Assembly: GCF_000143415.4 (NCBI RefSeq)
Contig: NW_003314264.1
Coordinates: 1,931,710-1,995,709 of the forward strand
DNA from: Selaginella moellendorffii
Taxonomy: Eukaryota > Plantae > Lycopodiophyta
DNA: 64,000 nt
Reading direction: 5' to 3'
Part shown: positions 57,793 through 64,000 of the stretch, piece by piece
Numbering within the stretch: position 1 is the stretch's first letter
How the letters are laid out: each line of letters begins with the position of its first letter
Program-made: the position numbers and the translations under genes
The notes under the pieces: model-generated
Told to the model about the DNA's origin: nothing
Database searches by the model: none
The model's input: the letters and a program-made list of their open reading frames with translations, nothing else

Positions 57793-59569
57793 TGTCCATG
57801 ATCTTCCATACAATACACTTCTTTCATTGTTTCTAAAATGGTCAATGTGGGAGTCAACAGTTGGTCAAAAGCTCAAAGCGTCAAGCATATTCTACGTACT
57901 AAAGTCAACCTTTACTGAGAACCAAAGACATAAACAGGCTTTGAAGGGGGCAGAGGAGCGAGCGGCGCAAGTTGGCGGCCATGAATGATCCTCTGCCTCC
58001 CCGGCCCGCAGATGGATCATCCGTTTGCGATCATTCTCAGCAAGCCCCTCGCGGCTGACATCGTCAGGAAACACCGCGTCGCTCATGGCGTCTTGCAGCA
58101 TGCTCTAGCGCCGGTGCTGCTACCACTGATGGTGACCATGAACCAGTAAGTGTGGATCCATCCTCTAGTGGGTGTTGATCTTTTCGGGATGAGTGACCGT
58201 CTGCTTCAATGCTACAGATCGCTGACCAAAGTTTCTCCAGCTTGAAGTAGGAGCAGGCTTGGTGTCGGACATCGAGGAGGACAGGCAGCTTCTATGGATT
58301 CAGCTGGTTTCTGGGTCAAGGTGCTCGATACTCATGTGTAAAAGAAGATTGCAGATGCATGGGTGGCTGTCCTCGTGGTTGACTGCCAATGTGATTGGCA
58401 CAGTCACTCAGATCTTACTAACTTGGTGCAGCCTGGCCGGGAATGGGATATGGCAAGCCATGAAGACTGCTATTAGGGAAGGATTGATCAACGTTGAGAA
58501 AGGTTGGATCTACGTGATGCAGCTGCTGGCATCATGCATGGGATCTCCAATAACTCCTTAGAAGGTCGGCTTCAAACTTCTCTCGTTTAGATTATATTCT
58601 TGTTTGCAAAAAAGAGTGTATAGTTCAAGTGGTTTGCAAAGTTTAAGATGCAGTAGAGATGATGTGGCATGTAATTATGTAGTAATTATGGTAATTATGT
58701 ATGTATATATACCCATCCATATACAGTTGACATATAGAATTCTTCTTCTTTATTCCACTACTATATACATAAAAACTACTACCACGTACATACCACGTCA
58801 TCTATACCTTTAACACTTTCATTCACTATTAGGCTGTTGATCCAAGCCTAAATCTAAACCTGAATCATACTAGCTAGATGAGAACAATATATATAAAAAA
58901 CTCATCAATCAACTACCTAAAACTTGGTTCTTGGTTTTGGCCTTGCTTGCATATCACTAGCATGTGGTCTCTGCTGTGAATTGCCAGATTCCCACTTTTA
59001 TTACTATCAGGCATTTGAATCTCCATAAGCATTTTTCTTAATTACTGGAAATTTCTGCAAAAAAAATTTATGCATTGTTTTTGAATTTTGACCCAATTTT
59101 TTATGTGGATTGTTAAAATCTCTTAATCTTTCATTAACTTTATGCTCTTTTTACTGCTACTTGTTGCTCAACACCTCTGCACAGTTTAGTGCTTTGATGC
59201 AATCCTCCTCTTTGTTATTGGCCTTATGGGTAACAAGCACCATGCTTAGGATCAAGGAGCCAATTGCTTTAATACCATGAAAGCAGTGGAGATAAGGAAG
59301 AAGAACTTTCCTATATATCAATTGTATATGGATGGGTACATATACATAGAATCTACTGTCACATAGGCATAATTACATGCCATATCATCTTTACCTTTAA
59401 CAAAACTGTCAACAAATTTGCCTTTTCCAGAGATCCCACTATTTTGTATACTTTTGCAGAAACATTACCTGCAAGGATCTAGGAGTGATTGTGTCACTAC
59501 ACAAGATGTTCTACAAAGGGCTGTTGAAGAACGTTCCAGCAAGAGAGTAGAGATATGGATGATAGAGGA

Positions 59570-60290
59570 CTCAACAGCTGCTATTGCTCCTGGGGGTTAT
59601 GGACAGTGGAATGGGCATTGCCATTGGGTAGACCAAGATTTCCAAAAGCATTTAGTGTGAAAGAGGCAAGAGAAGAGTAGGTTATGGAGGAGTGTGTGTC
59701 TTGGCCATCAATTATTGCCACAATAACAATGTCTTGATTGTGACTGACGACCCAAAAGAACTCCTTGGCGACAAAGAAGAAGAACAAGATGGGAAGAAGG
59801 AGAAGAGATTTTTCCCAAAGGAATCTAATCCTTGTGGTGGTGGTGGTGGTGATTCTTTCAAATGCAAGAGTTTCAACAGCTCAACCAAGGTATGCTTGCG
59901 ATGTTTCCAGCATCAACAAGCTAGATTGGAAGTGGTAAACAAAGTTCCAAACAGTGGCACACTTGAGGATCTCATCGAATTGTCAATTTCGACCAGCTGA
60001 AACTGGGGAAACTCATTGCAGAAGGGAGCTATGTATGAACATGTGTACTCAGCTAAGTGACTTCAATGTAAGTTTGCAGTGAAGATTTTGCTTTCACAGG
60101 AGATGAAAGCTCTGGCAAGTCTCAAGCATTCCAAAGTAAATCAAATGGTAGGATTTAGCAAGACTCCAAAGTGCATAGCCATCTTGGGAAGCTTTCATGC
60201 ATCTAAAGGATCAGATCTACTCCAGGAATGAAATTCTTGCATGCTTGTTTTATCGGGATCTCAAGCCCAAAAACATTCTGGTAGAGCTCA
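59570..60290 (+). pseudogene. Degraded TKL-type kinase pseudogene, resembling the kinase at 25855-28350
   Basis: Broken-frame translation: IVNFDQLKLGKLIAEGSY, VYSAK*LQCKFAVKIL, EMKALASLKH, GMKFLH, YRDLKPKNILV. Confidence 0.8.
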
Positions 60291-60752
60291 ATCATGATCG
60301 TTGACATGGAGATCTAGCCGGTGTTAGAACCTAAAGAAAAATTACCACTCTAACGTAGAGTAAATCACCATCTACACCACTCACTAGTCCTTGGAACTAA
60401 TCTGCCATAAAATAAGCTTACTAAATTTAACTTAGCCATACTTTAAGCTACTTGGATGAAGAGGACTCAATCACAGCGTTTACATCACGCCTGTCTCAAG
60501 GTTTTCAACTCCAAGTGAATCTTGGGATTGTTAGTTTTGAACAAGCACTTGTTACTTCATTTCTACTTCTATGTTTAATAATACTTAAAGATTTAAAAGT
60601 TCACGCTTTGTTAATAACAACATACTATGACTTTCACTTTTTCGTTTATTAAAAGGTTGTTGTTTGTTTTAATCATTATGATTAAAGTCAGTTAAGAATA
60701 TTCGTGCCATTCAGCTGACAATAACCGACACCTACAAAGAAAGAGTGTGGCG

Positions 60753-61585
60753 ATGGTTGCGACCACCACCACCAACAACAATGAATGGCACACCACAGTT
60801 GCAGTGTACCCCCGCTGCATTCGTGTCGCTTTGATGAGCACCCATGACGCACAAGAATTCAAAAACAAGCTCTACCAAGAACTTTGTGAAGCTGACCAAG
60901 TTTGCAAGAAAAACGGAGAAGTGTGGCTGGGAGATGTCCACCTTGGCTCACTCCCGATCCTTGGTCCTAATGGACATCGTCTCATCCTCATCCGAAGAAC
61001 TAGCACTTTGGTCGTTTGCCACAGCTTGGAAACTGGCAAGAGAGAGCCTCAAATTGATCCAGCAGACATCACCAACATGCTAGTTGACATGTTCTTCTCA
61101 AACTTTCAGGCCACTGTTTGGTACTGGGCTGTAGAGATCCTATGCAAGTTGAGTGGTTTTTCCAAGGGAAAGATTCAAGTGAATTGGAAACAAGCTCTCT
61201 TTGGACAGGGACTTGAGGGAGAGGAATGGGAAAGTCACCACACTGTTTATGTGTGGAATTTGTTGAGGAGGACAATCTTAACAGAGATATGGTGGCTCTA
61301 CAATCACTCTTTGGTGGAAGATACCAGCAAAGTGAGTGCGAGGTACCTTGTCCAGCAAATATGGCTAAGCTTGAGGCTTTATATACTACTCGAATGGAGC
61401 CAAGTCGTCAAGGAAAAGGATGAAACGCTGGCTAGAACTTTTGAAAAGAGGTGGCTTACCAATGGGTTTGCTGGGATGAGGACGAGAAACTGGGTACTGT
61501 GGATGTGGGAGGAGCCACTCTTGATTTCCAGGCTCAGCTTTTGAGCATGGAGATCTCAGCTTATTCAATGAATCAATCAATCAAG
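60753..61585 (+). mobile_element. ORF whose C-terminal half resembles the Trp-rich C-terminus of an L1-type LINE ORF2, followed by a short (AATC)n tail
   Basis: ATVWYWAVEIL..NWKQALFG..WNLLR..ILTEIW..IWLSLRLY..EW..FEKRW pattern; aatcaatcaatcaa at about 61571. Confidence 0.55.
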
Positions 61586-61639
61586 CTAAGAAACTTCTTT
61601 GAGTCAGCTTCAAAGTATGCAAAGAAACTAGTTCCTTTT

Positions 61640-62915
61640 CTTCAGTCTTGGAGACATTAAGAACGTGAAAAGCATTGCCAACAAGTAGCTTGTGTCGACC
61701 AGAGTGTAGAAATCTTTCCATTTCTCCGGACGCTTGGATCGATGCCAAAAATGAGCCTTTGAGGCGTGTCTGATTCCAAATAGACCTTGTGGAATGCAAT
61801 GAGTTACTTGAGAGGAGCGCCCTCCACTGGTGGAGGAGCCGAGAAGATCAGCACCAAGTGGCTTTTAGACCTAGGCCCGAGATTGTTTACTTCCAGAACA
61901 AGATGCTGTTTGCAAGTTTCCACTGGTAAATGAAAACAACCAGATTCAGCTTAGCTCCTCTTTATTGCTAGACAGTCTTAGGAGTTTCCTCTATTGCTAC
62001 TGAAAGAGCCTAGAAAATGAGTAAGTTAAGTAGGACAATCCATTGCCAAAGTTGTAGAATGGTGTGGTGTAGAATCGATAGCTTCTCCCTAGATATCCTG
62101 ACAGAGTTTTGGATTCAATCCATGTAAATTCTAAATTTGCAAAGAAGGAAAGAAAGAGAAGGAATACCTAGATTGCAAGCTCCAAAAAAGACATGAGAAC
62201 CTCTAGACTGACCAGGATACATGATCCAAATAACACTATTGTCCTTGAAACCCAAGATATCAATAGGTCCATAGATAGGACAAGTGATGGCATTTGCAAC
62301 ACTAGAGACAAATTGAAATTACATTCCAGAAGAAACAAACTTGCTCTATTGAAGGTCTCCCTCTCCTAGGACTGGTCTAGGCTGACCATCAAAACCACAG
62401 CATCCGCCTTGGTTGCCACCTCAACCATGGACATTACCAGGTCACCTCAACTGCATGTTACGTATTGCATGAATTTTCATGGATAAGTTCGTTGGTCTAG
62501 CTAGACAAAGATTTCTAGAACTTGACACCCTCTCCAATTGAGTAGAAGAGTGTGGGGTTGAATGACACAACCCTTTGTAACAGCCAGAGCAAGACCACCA
62601 AACTGGACTACGGGGAGCTTCTTGACACCATTGATAACTAAGAACTCCTGGTTGCCCAGACTCTTGGCCCAATCTGCAAAACCCCATTCATAACTTGATT
62701 CCATAGCAACAACTTCCTCCACCATCTTAGACATTAACCATGCTGCTGGTGTTGTCCTTCTATCAACTCGCACTCGAAACCTGCAGCCGGGGAATGACCA
62801 TCATGTCCACTTTCTCATCCAGAGTGAGCCTCAAAACCAAGTCTTGGACGCGAACATCAATGCTGAGCTTGGTATCCAAGGCTGGCATAGAAAACGACCA
62901 GGATTATGCAGAGTC
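61640..62915 (-). pseudogene. GH3 beta-D-xylosidase (BXL) pseudogene with large internal deletions
   Basis: DTKLSIDVRVQDLVLRLTLDEKV..IPRL, SYQWCQEA, ADAVVLMVSLDQS*ERE, GPIDI..IW..YPGQS, GRSYRFY..FGNGLSY, GAPLK*LIAF, GRHKLLVG appear in BXL order with stops and frameshifts. Confidence 0.9.
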
Positions 62916-63065
62916 ATCTCAGCAACAAGCGTTCCAAAGTGGACTAGATGATACTCCTAGCAGACCTTTGTAAATACACAATGAAGTCAAGATTTTGTTG
63001 TGCAATCTTTTGATTGATCAAATCGTGGCGCTGTAAAATATAGAAAACAGCCTCCAGACTGTGAT

Positions 63066-64000
63066 CTATCTTGCTCGGCGGCGCTTCATTTGCGAGCAGT
63101 CCGGGCAGTACCACTTGCCTTTAGGCCGCTCGCGAACTCCTGCGCACTCAAAGTGAAACCACTCGATTTTACACTGCGTGGAAAGAAGACAATGAAAACT
63201 TAGTCGATGAACAAGTGCTTGGTCGATTGAAACTTACGTCCGGGTTGTCGCAAGCGATCATCTCTCCGTATGAGACTTGGTTACAGAGGCAATACGTTGG
63301 CTCGTTTGGATCGACAGGTATGTCGAGATCTGTGCTGGGATTTTGTCGATCGTCCTCCCTGCACGAACTAGTGAGCCGAAAAATAGCTTGGAAGGAACAC
63401 TTCTTTACCCTGTAGCTCCAACATCCGCTTGTTGTTCGTCTCCTCCTTGCAAATCCTTTGCTGGTGTTTTTACAATCCCCAAATTATGTCACAAAACGAG
63501 ACCACGTAACGCGTGGAGTTTGTACCTTGCTCACAGTCTTCCTTGTACTTTTTGAGATACTTGTCAAGCCGCTGGATGTAATTGTCGACCTTGACACACA
63601 GCAGCTTTCTAAATGCGAGAAAGAAAGAAAGAAAGCTATAAGCCGATAGAGAGCGTACCATGTCATACGTTGAAAGAGCGAGTGCTACTTTCTCGTTTGC
63701 GACATCCACACAGGTCTTGTGCACCGAGGCAATGCTGCTTGCGTATTTGTTCGCCACAGCTTCCGCGGCGGCTCCTCCAGCTTTTAAAACTTGCTTGACA
63801 TCTTCCAGGCCGTGAGCACAGCATCCATGCATTTGTCTTTGAAGCTCTACGAGAAAATCACGTAAGGAAGAGAAGACTCTAACAAGTGAAAAGAATTACC
63901 ATTTTGTTGCTCATCGAGCTGCCGAATAAGCGAATAGTTTTGTTGGAGCTCCGCTGGTAGCGATGCTGTGCCTAAAGAACGCAGCGATGATACGTAAGCG
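63066..64000 (-). CDS. ING1: Inhibitor-of-growth PHD finger protein, ING1 type (first exon outside window)
   Basis: [26 protein letters not shown]|[27 protein letters not shown].|[20 protein letters not shown]. Confidence 0.93.

Noticed and set aside
57890-58561. Coding-like sequence downstream of GPAT
   Set aside because: Only short ORFs in any frame and no identifiable homology.
7724-62915. Peroxidase, TBL, GPAT and BXL as a cell-wall gene cluster
   Set aside because: They are widely separated by unrelated housekeeping genes, all belong to large families, and BXL is dead.
1-64000. tRNA, rRNA, snRNA genes or CRISPR arrays
   Set aside because: No cloverleaf, rRNA or snRNA signature, or repeat-spacer periodicity seen by eye; a covariance-model scan (Infernal/Rfam, tRNAscan-SE) would be needed to exclude small RNAs.

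Overview
Gene-dense, GC-rich land-plant nuclear DNA with very short introns (about 50-75 nt) and two long AT-rich spacers. The intron sizes, PLS-PPR content and gene set suggest a lycophyte such as Selaginella; this is inference. Intact genes in order: P-class PPR (5'-truncated), DUO1-type R2R3-MYB, TLDc protein, class III peroxidase, RFC1, HVA22-like, TBL acetyltransferase, atypical RLCK, uncoupling protein, HemK2-type methyltransferase, an intronless helical-domain/pseudokinase/SEL1/ARM protein, PLS-E PPR, TrpB type 2, PUB62/63-like, PSI (DUF3475/DUF668), F-box-like gene, an orphan intronless multipass membrane protein, sn-2 GPAT and ING1 (5'-truncated). Between them are many duplicates shortened by small deletions (PPR, DUO1, PSI, F-box, GPAT, kinase, GH3 beta-xylosidase). 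The most unusual items are (1) the MLKL-like pseudokinase with added SEL1/ARM repeats, (2) the orphan membrane gene sitting behind a copy of the GPAT upstream region within a tandem array, and (3) a miR159/319-type site copied from DUO1 to just after the PPR stop codon. All exon boundaries and family assignments were made by eye, with no database search.
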